A stretch of DNA of 64,000 bases from Camelus dromedarius (Eukaryota), in contig NC_087437.1 of assembly GCF_036321535.1 (NCBI RefSeq), forward strand, positions 99,822,001 through 99,886,000, given 5' to 3'. The position numbers were made by a program, and so were the translations under genes. The notes under the pieces were generated by a model that searched no databases, had not been told where the DNA came from, and saw nothing but the letters and a program-made list of their open reading frames with translations. Positions 1 to 11,740 of the stretch are shown here, piece after piece; positions within the stretch are counted from its first letter, which is position 1, and the number at the start of each line of letters is the position of its first letter.

Positions 1-330
1 GAAAATATATACTGAGCTCCCATCAAGCACTGGGAATACAGCAGTTAAAGACATAAACCAAGACTCCTCCCTCTGTGCATCTCGTGTCCTACTGTAGAGA
101 GACAAAAAGTAAGTGAAAAAAGTAAAACGTACCACATGGTAGAACATGATCGATTCTACAGAGAAATTAGAGTTCTGGGGTGTGAGTTTCAATTTTATTA
201 GAATGGCCGAGGAAAACCTCAATGAAAGGGTGCTTTTGAGAATGTTTTGAAAGAGGTAACCTGGATAAAGGAAGGTGGAGAGAGCGGCTGATGGGAAATA
301 GATAAAAGAGGCAGGGAGTAAAAACCACAC
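1..330. mobile_element. Decayed L2 LINE 3' fragment
   Basis: Resembles the L2 3' end from recall (actgagctcc...gcactgggaatacagcagt...aggaaaacctc); heavily diverged. Confidence 0.45.
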
Positions 331-439
331 TTTTCACTCTACATCTCCTGTACATTTTGAACAATGTAGTTTACAGTACTTTTCAAAAAAATTTAAAATA
401 TACTGTTTAGGGAACCAGGACAATTTGGGGAAACAAACT

Positions 440-612
440 GAACATAAGACAGACTATTTGGGTTTTGGTTCAGGTTCAGTTGTTAACTTGCTTGCGACTG
501 TGGATGAGCCACTTAATCTCCTGGGCTTAGTTTCTGGATCTGTAAAAATGGTGGAGCTGGATTAAGCAAACTTCAGATTCCTTCCTCCTTTAATATTCTG
601 TAGGTCTGTGAT
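440..612 (+). mobile_element. MIR SINE fragment
   Basis: MIR core-like gagccacttaatctcctgggcttagtttctggatctgtaaaaatgg. Confidence 0.6.
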
Positions 613-3600
613 TTAATACAGTGTTCACCAAACTGTGGCCTAGGAAAATAGTTTTGGAGTCTAGCCGTTATTCAACCTTTTTATCAGCACTCAGTTCTCT
701 GCTTCCTTGCAACACACAAATAATGAACAACTGTTTTTCTAACACTAAAATCACATAAATCAAATCACATAAAGAATAACTATTAGAAAACTCATGAAAC
801 AGCACTTTTTTCAAAGGAATTCAAAACTAAACGACGATAGAAAAACTGCACCCCCCTCAAAATAATACCAGACTATCCCTTCTGGCCTCATCATCATCAT
901 AATAAAATCATGAATATATTTTAATATATATTTAATATAAATCTGCAAAAATTACCTTTTTCTTCTCTTGTAGATTGCCATAGCTTTGGGGTAAGCCCGA
1001 GGAAATTTTCTGTTCATCTTAAGATTAAGCTCAATTAAAACTGTGGGTGAGATATTCCTTTCTCTATGTCATTTGGCAGTTCATGATGTGATATGATTTA
1101 CGTTAGTCTTACAGTAATGTGCCTAGATTCTAACTCCTGTCTCTGAATTTTATGGAATTAACTCCATAGAGTAAGATCTTATGTAAGTAAGATTTTGTTT
1201 CCTTGAAAACTCCCACAGCACATTCTGCAGAAGTGTGTTCAAATATGTGTTCAAATATGGTTCTATCTTGACTGATCCACGATATGAAGAAAGACATGAA
1301 GTGAAAGGTCATGTATAGCCCTTTCAGAGAATGACTTCTAAATTCTCCTACCTTGATGCAAATGAGCAAATCATCAAATAGGCCAAGTAAGCAAAGTCTC
1401 TCATGTCTACTAGGTCAACAGCTTTTCTCAAAGAGAAAAAAAATGTCCAACTATAAGATCCTACCACTTATACAGTAAAAATATTTGTGTGGTCACAAAA
1501 TAAAATAATGGTATTTTTTGCTCTTTGATCCAAGAAGCATTTGACACCCAGATATTTCCCTTAATAGCAACAAAGGGATGACAGTGACTTTTGTAAATAA
1601 ACCGCCTCAAAATGCAGATTGAATGAAGTTCCTTGAAAGCAAGATGGCAACATTCAGTACAATCTCCGTATATCCTGTGGAAACGTGAAATATGACAGGT
1701 GTTCCATTTTGGTAGAGTTTCTTTTTTCATTAATCTAAAGGTACTCTGCTTTCCCATGGAGACTTTCCTGAAACCAGGACTTGCTTAATCTAGGAAATGA
1801 TAAAAACCATTTCAAATCTTGCACTGTAGTCCGAATCAGCATTCCTTGCCTAAATACAGTCTCACATATTCCCACCCCTGTATGATTACAAGTTTATACA
1901 CAATCTTTTTCCCCATACCTGAAAGTAAATGTTTTGTGATTTTTTTCATCAGCATCACCTAATAAAACTGTATAACTCCCTAAAATCAGAGTGGTAGAAG
2001 TGATCATTTTTTTGGCCAGAGAGGGGCCAAAAAGCAAATTTCAGTCATGTCAATAAAACTGCATCTTACTTGTTTGTAGGTCTGAAACAGCTGTTTTAGC
2101 ATGTGAGCTAACAGAAAGTTGGGCAGCTCTACTCAAGAATTCTGTCCAAATTACCCTCAATTATCATGGATATCACCTGTTTTGAGTTTCTCACTCTTAC
2201 TCCTTGACTAATTTTCCATTATAGATTTGTGTCTGCATATTACACATCACTGATATGTAAAATGTATCTAAATACTCTCTTTCTATTTGTATTCTCTATT
2301 CTTTTCTATTGTTAAATTAACATACTGTTGCTATGTAAAGACCTATTAGAGCTATATCCAAACTAGAATGTTGTATAATGTTATTACAAACAATTCCAAA
2401 AAATGTAATACTGCAATAATAATTTCACAAGTTATTTTTCTCTCAAGTTTACATAAGATTTCCACTAAAACTAAAAAATAGCACCTCAATTTGTTTAATT
2501 GTTTTCTTCTTCTTGCTCCCAGCATTCAGACATACCAGAAGTTTGAACAAGAAAATATCTTTATTTGAATAAGCAGCTTTGTAAGAAAAAAAATGCTTTA
2601 AAAGTTGTAATTTGGATTAATTGTTCTCAGGAAATTGAAATCCCACCAATTAGAAAACTATTGTTTTCATTATTGAGAAATAGCTGAAACGAAAATGCTG
2701 TTTTGCAGTGCTACTAAAACTGGAGAGTTGATATGAGAAACAAAATCAGTCGTTTTCCAAAGTAGACCAAAAGAAAACACAAGAAAAACTGAATTGACTT
2801 TTAAAATATAAAATATTATGTTAGACCCATAAGTGAATCATGACATTAGTATAAGATGGACACAAACTGAAAAACGTATTGTGGTGGATATATCTCTAAT
2901 GCTTCCTTATTTTCCAACCTCAGTAGAAAACTGTTGTGGTTTTGTTGCTCAAATAATATTTGAGAAAATCTTTGGGAGAAAATATTTGGGAAATTTTTAT
3001 GATGTATATTTCCAGGCATTTTTTAACTTAAACCTAAGTACCCTGTTGGTTCCAGAGGTGATAAAGCCTTGGTGGCATTGGTACATTAATATTTTATCAC
3101 TCAGAACCACTCAGTACTTCCTGGGATCTTCCTTGGGAGCTGTCGTAGCTAAATCATAGTTGATCACCAACCGTTTTATTTCACAGGATGCACGAATTAG
3201 CAAAAGCCTTCCAGGGACTCTACACTGTCTGAAAGAGAACTCAGCTTATCTGGAACATCTTCATGCCAATCACCGAGTTCACCTGACACCCCTCACGCAG
3301 AAGGGAATATATTCTTAAACCTTCCTTGCCCCTGAAGATGTAGAGGTTTGCAGACCGAGGGCCCCGAAGCAGCCACACTAGAACAGTTTCTGAGACCTGC
3401 ATGAAGTTCTTCCAGGTCTGCTTATTCCCAATTCAACTGCTAAATGCAAGACTGGATTACATGCAGTGGGAATCTGTAGATAAAAAAAACTACAGATCCT
3501 GCCTTGAAGGACCTAATAGTCTAAGAGCAGAGGTACTAACTCTCTACAAACAACTGCATAAGCAGTGAAAAATGAATGCACCTAATTTGGAGCTAACCTC

Positions 3601-3779
3601 ATTCCCTTGGATCAGAACCTGTGCCTCTCTCATATCTCTCTCATTTTAGTAATAGTACCTCCGAAGACAGATACGTGGCGACCTTCCTGACTCCTGCCTC
3701 TGCTTTGCCGCTCTTCCCCATTCCCGTGATTTAGATTGAAAAACAGTTTCATTTCCCGTGCCCACAAATAACTATCTGA

Positions 3780-4380
3780 CCAGTTCCCCTCATCCCACAG
3801 CTTCTTCAAAATGACATTTCTAACTTCACATCTAATCATATTCCTTATCAGTAATCTACAAGCTGGGCTCCAAGCTCTTGTCTGTAAAAGATAAGGCTTT
3901 TGCCATCTCACTCCTCACTGCCTCTCTCCCCTTACTTCTTACCAGTTCCCTCTGTGCAACTTAAGTTCCAGTCATTGGAATTGTTTAGTTGTCCTCAAAT
4001 ATGCGATTAAACATGGGCCTTTTCATATGTTCATCCATCTGGAATGCGCTAAGCCACTGCACTGTATACCTGACGTGGTTCTCTGTGAACTCTCCTCATC
4101 TTTTATTTTCAGTCAAAGTGGTATTTCATAATGCCTCAAATAATAATATAGCCATTTATTCATACAATAACATCTGTTGTTCATATATTCATATCATAGC
4201 ACTATGTTGAAGGGTCCAGAGACTTTTCAGCACAATGTTATATTTGTTCTCATGTCTGTCTCACCACTAGACTGTGAACATCTTGGAAGTAGAGACAACA
4301 TGAGTTTCTTTTTCATTTTTATATCCCAGCTCTTGCTGCAGCACTAGACACACAGTAGGTTCGCAACAAATACTGAATTA
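3780..4380. mobile_element. Decayed L2 LINE 3' region
   Basis: Ends in ccactagactgtgaacatcttggaag...gcactagacacacagtaggttcgcaacaaatactgaat, typical of L2 3' termini. Confidence 0.6.
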
Positions 4381-4939
4381 AAAATACAATTATAAAGTCA
4401 TAACCTAAAGCAGCATGTGGAAAATGCTATAGAATAATTACATGTAAGTTGAGACAGTATGTCAAGCTGAGAAATCAGGAAAGGCTTCCTAGGATATGTT
4501 ATACTTGAGTCAGACACAAGATGCATAGAATTGACAAACATGGAAATGGAAAGGGAAAACGCTTAGCTTGGGGAATGGCATGATCAATAACATGAAGACG
4601 GAACTATATTTCATACGAATGAGGAACTGGCCTGCATTGAGAATGGATGTGAGATAGAGGACTCTAATAAATGAAGTAGGAAAGTCAGCATGGAGAATAG
4701 ATTGTTAGAGATTATGAATATCTGGCTAAAGAGTGTAAGTTCAAGTTTTGTTCTCTAGGAAATAAACTAGGGATATATTGATGGAGTGCTGTCTTTACAC
4801 ACAAAAATAGATACACATACAGTCTGTCAGGAAAAGAAATTATAATAACTTTAGTAGGAAAGTTAGCTTAGGAAAGTATTATGAAAGTTCACATACAATG
4901 TTTTTTCTATAGAAAATATGGATATATTAAAGGAAAACT

Positions 4940-5130
4940 ATACATAAAAATAGATAAAAACAAATTTCTTCTGTATAGCACAGGGAACTATATTCAAAAT
5001 ATTGTAGTAACCTTTAATGAAAAAGAATATGAAAACGAACATATGTATGTATATGCATGACTGAAACATGATGCTACACACCAGAAACTGACAAATTGCA
5101 ACTGACTAGGCTTCAATCAGAAAACAAAAT
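4940..5130 (+). mobile_element. Short L1 3' UTR fragment (lineage-type)
   Basis: ctgtatagcacagggaactatattc...tacacaccagaaactgacaaattgcaactgact matches the L1 3' ends at 11590-11735 and 12730-12890 in this window. Confidence 0.8.
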
Positions 5131-5142
5131 AGATGATACTGC

Positions 5143-5216
5143 TACGGCCAGAGCTGTGGATACAGCTTCAGATACAGATACAGATACAGGCCGAGATATA
5201 GACACTGACATAGATA
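5143..5216. repeat. Degenerate 6-bp tandem repeat (GATACA-like)
   Basis: cagatacagatacagatacaggccgagatatagacactgacatagata shows 6-nt periodicity. Confidence 0.6.
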
Positions 5217-7106
5217 TTCTGGCAAATTTAAGGCCAAGAAATGAAATAGTAAGATGTTGACACAGAGTAGAAGAAGGATTTTGACAACTTGATCTTGGAT
5301 AATTGTAATTGAGGGTATATAAAATTCTAGGAGAGGCAACCTACATAACCTATCTCCTTGGCTCCTTGGTAGAAATGGAAGTAGTGGAAAGGAAAGAGAG
5401 ACGGCAGAGAGAGATGAGTCAAAGAACCTATGGATCTGCTATCTTTTTTTCTATTATGACTATTAACTTGCTTTCTTTGCATAAGCAAGACAAGTTTCCT
5501 GAAGGTAAAGCCCTCCATTACCTTTTGAGAAACCCTACCACTCAACATAGGGTGTGGTCAATTTGGGGGTAATAGATAAAATTGAATTGCTCTGACCACA
5601 GCTGAATAGTTAATGTGATCTCCTGTCTACAGCTGCTGCCATCTATAGCATGTGACTGTTTTCTTTGAAATTTGGATTCTCTGGGCCATGGCAGGGGCAT
5701 GGCTATGTTAGAAGTAACTGTCAGTGGCTTATCCCATAAATTCTGGCCACAAATCAAATCCATACACTGCCTTTCGAAGACCTAGGACCAAAATGTTCTT
5801 ATATAGTTCAATGGCCCCTGCCTTTTAATCTTACTACACATTAAGGAAAAAAAAAAGGCACCAGCTTGAGGAAGCACTGTCTTATGGTAACAGTAAATAC
5901 ATTGTTTTATGCTTAACTTTGTGAGACGTAAGTACCATGTTTGCTAACAAATTATTCTTAGCAAAAATAGCAACAATGGTGCATCCATCTAAAGCTCCAA
6001 AAAAATACTGTATTTATCTTTCAATAGTGAAATTTAAATTTAGAAAAACAACAGAATTAAGATACTGAATCTTTTACGCCCTCTTTCTTAAGTTTTCTCT
6101 CTCTGAAAAGCAAGCTGTGCTGTATAAAGTAACACCTTGAGATAAAAAGAATTCCAAAAATATGGGTGGCTACCACTTTAAAAAAATCCTTGTAGCTTTT
6201 TTTATTTGTAAGTTTGTTCCCTTTTCTTTACAAACGGTTTTTATTAGAATTTAGACACAGATAAATTACCTCCTGAAATATACCAATCTTGAATACTGCC
6301 TGTTATGTCTAGAATAGCTATGACAAAGCTTTCTAAAAATCCTTACAATTTCTAGGGAGATATGGGGACTATCTTTTAAAACTAATGATTCTGGCTTTTC
6401 TTCCTTTTTTTCCTCAGCAAATTCTAAAGTAATTGGAGTTCCTTTGGCCAGTAATGATCTAGTTTGAATTTTTTAAATATCAAAGTATTTAGGGAATTGT
6501 CTTTTGGCGACATGGGGCATTGAAAAGAAACTTGTGAACTACTGTTCTTTTCTGTGTCTAAATGAAGACAGGGTCTACTGTTTCTATGGTTAATTCAGTC
6601 AAAGAAACCATTCGATCTGAATGTTTGACCGAATGACCAGTGGTTTGACTGAGTTGACAGCCATCGTGGCTGCTCTGGCCGTGCGTGTCCACCCCGGCTT
6701 TGTTTGTGAGCTGGCAGTCTCTGCACAGAAAATACACAGCATATGCCAGGTGGCCATGTGTCTGAGGCAGAGGGAAGGGAGAACAAAGCACAAAAAAAAA
6801 AAAAAAGCTTCCATTTGGACAGAAATGCTTTAAGCCACCCGACTGCCAATAACATATTAAAGAGAGAAGAAAATGTGATGGTGCCTGAATATACTCAACA
6901 GTAAACAACTCCAAGCCCGAGATTCAGATCACAAATCTTCCCCTGCCACTGCTGACAAGCTCAGCTTGAGCATGGCTGCAGGAGACAAAGAAATCTGCTC
7001 CAAGAGGGAAAGAGGAGAGGAGATCCTCACATCGATTTTAATCTTCCCTAGACACATGTTTTAGGAACCTCTTATATCATCTCCATTGTGTTCTACTTTT
7101 TTAAAC

Positions 7107-7230
7107 ATTTCTTTCTCACAGTCCTGGAGGCTGCAGGTCTGAGATTGAATGCCAGCCCCTTCGGTTCCTGGTGAGGGCTCTCTTCCTGGCTTGCAGACAG
7201 CCACCTTCTCACTGTGCCCTCACGTGTGTG
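7107..7230 (-). mobile_element. MLT1 (MaLR) LTR fragment
   Basis: ttctcacagtcctggaggctg...ggtgagggctctcttcctggcttgcagacagccaccttctcactgtgccctcac is characteristic MLT1 antisense sequence. Confidence 0.8.
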
Positions 7231-7584
7231 CCTCCCTACTGTACTCTTATGTCAGAAACCTGTTCTGCTGAAGGCGAGGATGGAGGCAGAACGCTCTAGG
7301 ATGGCAAAAACAAGAACTTCCTGTTTATCTCTTGCCTCTTTACCTCCACCTGCCACTTGGTACTTACCATTCTCCTCATCACCATCTTCTCCAGAAACCA
7401 AAATAGAGGAGGCAGATACTAAATGCCATCGCAGAAGTGTTGGAGGCTACAAAATATTATTTTAGAAAGGCAGTAGGATGGCGTGGGTTCCCTACAAAGT
7501 GGAATGGATAATTTCTCTTATAAATACAGTATTGCCCTTCTTTCCTGCATCAATGCTTTAGGATAAATCAAACGTTTTCCCTTC

Positions 7585-7800
7585 ACTCATTTACTGAGCA
7601 GCTACTAGGGGCGAGGCAGCATGCTAGAAGCCCTACCTCCAGGTCCGTATTTCCAGCCTCCCCAGCAGTGCTACCAAACCCAACTGAGCCCATCTTACAG
7701 ATAAAAACATGGACATTCAGAGCAGCTAGTTAACTTGCTTAGGCTCCCTCTGCTGATTAGTGTGAGGGAGACTTAGAAACCAAGGTCATCTGATTCAAAA
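7585..7800 (-). mobile_element. MIR SINE
   Basis: cccatcttacagataaaaacatggacattcagagcagctagttaacttgcttagg is the antisense MIR core. Confidence 0.65.
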
Positions 7801-9851
7801 CCATTGCAAATCAACTTTGTTCACAAATAAGTCAGTTTGCAGTGGTCTCTCAGGTGCCCTCTGCTTCTACAAGCTGTATCACTTAATCAACACAAAATGA
7901 GTCCTCTAATGGGTTATTATTCTGACTATTTCTGAAACTAAAACACGAAAGCTCTCAGCAGCCAGGTGGCCCAAGGCTGCATCAAAATCCAGACACGGGT
8001 CAACCTCAATGTATGTTTCACTGCCAGTCTGAAAGCTCTGTTGACCTGAACTCAAGAGAGTGCAAAGAACTAGTCCAGTCTTCTTGAAGGTATTACACCA
8101 TTGTGAAATTAACAAAATGGATGCAAAGTAGAAGGAACTTTATCATCATAGGACTCTGTGTTTCTGAATATTTTGTTCCCTCCACCAGGAAAGTGTTTCC
8201 CTCTATCACGTCTGACAAATTCCTTCACAGCCTAGTTCTGATACGTTTTTTCGACAAACTCCTTAATTCGGAGAGGCAGAACCAGTTGCTCCCTTGCTGA
8301 TGCTCCAACAACACAGTATTGAACTTGTGTTAGGTCATTTCCCCATGTTGTCCTGGGCTGTTTGTCTCTGTGTATGTCTCCTCCAGGCAACTTGTGACTG
8401 TCCAGAAAGGACATTCTATATCATGTTGACCTTTGAGCTTCCAGTGCCCAGGTCGGGGTGCTATCATAGTAGCTACTAAAAACATTTGCTATGAGAGTAT
8501 ATAATTAAAAAATATAAGAATGAGAAACCATCAGAAAAATATAGTATGTGTTTGTGCATTTAAAAGGCAGTGTGGAAAAGGAAGAAATGTCATTTCTATT
8601 GAAGGGACAAAACTATATTACCCCTTATCTGGCTTTTAAGGCGATTTTGCTGAGCTAAAAATCCTATATTCGTAGAAAAGCCTTACCTGAGCTGCCAGCA
8701 TCATCTAAGATTATTAAAGGAAGGATTTTCAAGATCTAATTTACTTTTGTCATGCACTGCTTGCTATTTGCATTCCATTCTGGTTGAACATTCAAATGAG
8801 ACAAGCCTTTATCACCTTTGTGTCTGGTCACGTCTGCTTCCTAGTCGCCCTCTCCTTGGCTAGCACAGCGCTACAGCACCAGGCTGTAAACACGGCAGCA
8901 AAACGATTTAGGAAAAGAAAAAGAAAAAAAAAAAAACTGCTTTGGTTCACAATTGGATGAAAATATATTTAATGAAAACATTTCTATCAGTAGCAGGCTT
9001 TTTATAAATTCTTCTCTTCCTTATAATTAAGTTTTCTAAAATGCAGACATTTGGCCTTAAGTATCTCATGGATGTAATGTTGGCACCAGATCAGTGCAGC
9101 TTGCTTGCCAAGCTTAAAAGGGAAAATATAATGGGAAAATACTGTAATTTTATAGTTCTTGTAAAAATGAGGAAATCACAACATGCACAAAACCCCCAAG
9201 GAGTACGTCCCCAAATCTGCCCACAGAGAGACCGAGATACATATTTTCAGCTTAGAGGATGACCCTAGAAACCTATCTGGGGTTGATTTTAGTTTACCCT
9301 GACACAACTATAGATCCATCTCAGCAAACAGATGTGCAAAACATGAACTTTATGTTCATTGGCTCAGGAAATGGAACTGAGAATTTAAACTAATTTCCAT
9401 TTTTATTATGTAGTATGACTTTCGCTTTTTTGTTCTCTCATAACAAACTTCAATCCCCCTGAAAATACCCTAACTGATAGCTTCTAACAGGGTTAGACTG
9501 TGTGAGCTGAATGCATTCTTGTTTATGACTGCCTTATCCACCCATGCACCTGACATGCTTTCTCTCAGTGGAACAACAAATTGGATTTTTCAAGAGCAGC
9601 AGAAAGGTACAAGCTCCTTCTAATAAAGTAAATATGACACCACTTGTGAATGGAAGAATCTTTTGCACCAAATTAAAAGTGCATTTTTGAAGCAGTAAGA
9701 ATGGTAAATTCGGCATCTACAAGCTTGCTAAAGAATAAATTGCACCAAGCTCCGTGTTGATGGCAAAGAAAATACTTCTGAGCATGTGCCCTGGCTCTTG
9801 TGCCTTTGCCCTTAGAACCCATTTCCCTGCCCTCTCTGACCTCTCTGGGCT

Positions 9852-10324
9852 TGTGATGGTTAATTTTCTGTGTCAACTTGACTGTGTTAGGGGATGCCCA
9901 GATAGCTGGTAATGTATTATGTCTAGGTGTGTCTAGGAGTGTCTAGGAGGGTGCTTCAGGAAGAGATCAGCTTTTGAATCAGTAGACTGAGTAAAGCAGA
10001 GAGATGGGCTCCCCAATGCAGGTGGACATCGTTCAATCCACTTAGGGGCCCAAACACAACAAAAAGTGGAGGAAAGTGATTTCACTTCTCTGCTTGAGCT
10101 GTGACATCTACCTCCTGTATCATCTCCCCCTGCTCTCAGACACTGGTACTGCAGACTTAGACGGGACATACACCATCAGGCCTTCCAACTTTTCCCAATT
10201 TCAGGCCTATTTAGACTTGAATGGAATTACACCAGCCTTCCCGGTTCTCCAGCTTGCAGACAGCAGATCGTGAGACCTCTGGGCCTCCATAATCATGTCA
10301 GCCAATTTACATAACTAATTCTCC

Positions 10325-10364
<40 letters not shown>

Positions 10365-10429
10365 CAGACAGATAGATAGACAGACAGATGGATTTTATTG
10401 GTTCTGTTTGACTGGAGACCCCTAATACA
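9852..10429 (+). mobile_element. MLT2-type ERVL solo LTR
   Basis: Starts TGTGATGGTTAATTTT..GTCAACTTGACT and ends CCCTAATACA (TG...CA); internal (GATA)n tract; flanks gggct/gtgct look like a 5-bp TSD with one mismatch. Confidence 0.9.
10326..10389. repeat. (GATA)n/(GACA)n microsatellite
   Basis: Direct tetranucleotide run inside the MLT2 LTR. Confidence 0.95.
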
Positions 10430-10900
10430 GTGCTCCTACAGGTGACTGTTATGAGCTGCCAGGTCCTTGCACTCTCCGTGGCTGCAAGGACACTGACGCC
10501 TGTCTATGTCCTTGGCTCTCCTGCAGGCTTACCTTCAGTTAGGTTTGACCAATGAGAGCATCAGCAGGAGAAGAGAGTAGGAAGAGAGAGAAATCTGCAC
10601 TTACTCTCCCTTTTCTTCCTGCTTTGGTGCCACAAGTGTGGCGGTAGCTGTGCTATATAATGGATGTTTCCCTCCATGGTCCTCACTCCAGTGGTCCACC
10701 ATAATTCTGTGTCCTTCTTCTATTCATTTGGCCCTTGAAGTGGCTAAGTCTCCCTAATATTGCTGGAATTTGGGTCCCTCACCAACTCCTGTTTGCTCTC
10801 TTATCCCTGCTCACAACTCTGTACATTATTCTTTTATTTAAAACTTTTCATGTGAACCATCTGAGACAAATGGCGGTGCCCCGCTAGGATCCTAAATAAT
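10430..10900 (+). mobile_element. Old ERVL LTR (LTR33-like), interrupted by the MLT2 LTR
   Basis: ttaggtttgaccaatgagagcatcagcaggag and the 3' part resemble recalled LTR33-family sequence; the 5' part probably lies at about 9780-9851. Confidence 0.5.
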
Positions 10901-11379
10901 AAAGAAAGCAACTTTTTTTAAGTTAATGGTCACTTAAATAAAATGGCCCACCAGATAGCCATGAAGTGATTGATGGGCTTCCAGTAGAAGGGCTATTGTG
11001 AGCAAGGTTGTCCAAATGCCTTCATCTTTGACATCCACGGCAAAGGCTGGGAGATCATGGAAATGACTGAAGTCTGCATGGCCTACAGAAATTAAAAGAG
11101 CTGTCAAAAACCTTCCAGGTTCTTTAAGGAATATGCCAGACTGAGTATAACTGATTTCCTATCAATGGATACATAAGGGGCTGATTCAGAATCTCCTGGC
11201 TGAGACTCAGCATAAAATCAAGGAGGAAGGGGATGGTGAAGACCCAGCAGAACCTCACCCCCTTTAACTCCAAGTGGCGAGAACAGGCTGGGTTCCAGGA
11301 GATCTCAGCCAAAGAGAACTCTTTCTAAGGATATCTTTGTGCCCAGAAAATAGGGGAATGCTCAAAAGTGATCTGAAAG

Positions 11380-11740
11380 TGAGAAGCACAAATACCACGT
11401 GATATCACTTATGTGTGGAATCTAAAAAAAATGAGACAAATGAACTTATTTACAAAACAGAAACAGACTCACAAACATGGAAAACAAACTTATGGTTACC
11501 AACGGGGCAGGGGGAGGGATAAATTAGGAGCTTGGGATTAGTATATAAAAACTACTGTGTATGAAATAGGCAAACAACAAGGTCCTTCAGTATAACACAG
11601 GAAACTATATTCTATAAACACCTCGCAACAACCTATAATGAAAAAGAATATGAAAAAAATATATATATAAGACTGAATCACTATTCTATACATCAGAAAC
11701 TAACACAACATTATAAATCAACTGTACTTCAATTAAAAAA
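11380..11740 (+). mobile_element. 5'-truncated L1: ORF2 end, 3' UTR and A-tail
   Basis: acaaataccacgtgatatcacttatgtgtggaatctaaaaaaaatgagacaaatgaacttatttacaaaacagaaacagactcac...cttcaattaaaaaaa. Confidence 0.9.

Noticed and set aside
3187..3318. Plus-strand acceptor (ttttatttcacag) followed by a 43-codon open frame
   Set aside because: Peptide unrecognised, with no linked upstream exon or other support.
9576..9613. Possible ~38-nt plus-strand exon
   Set aside because: Weak donor (gtacaa); chance-level match.
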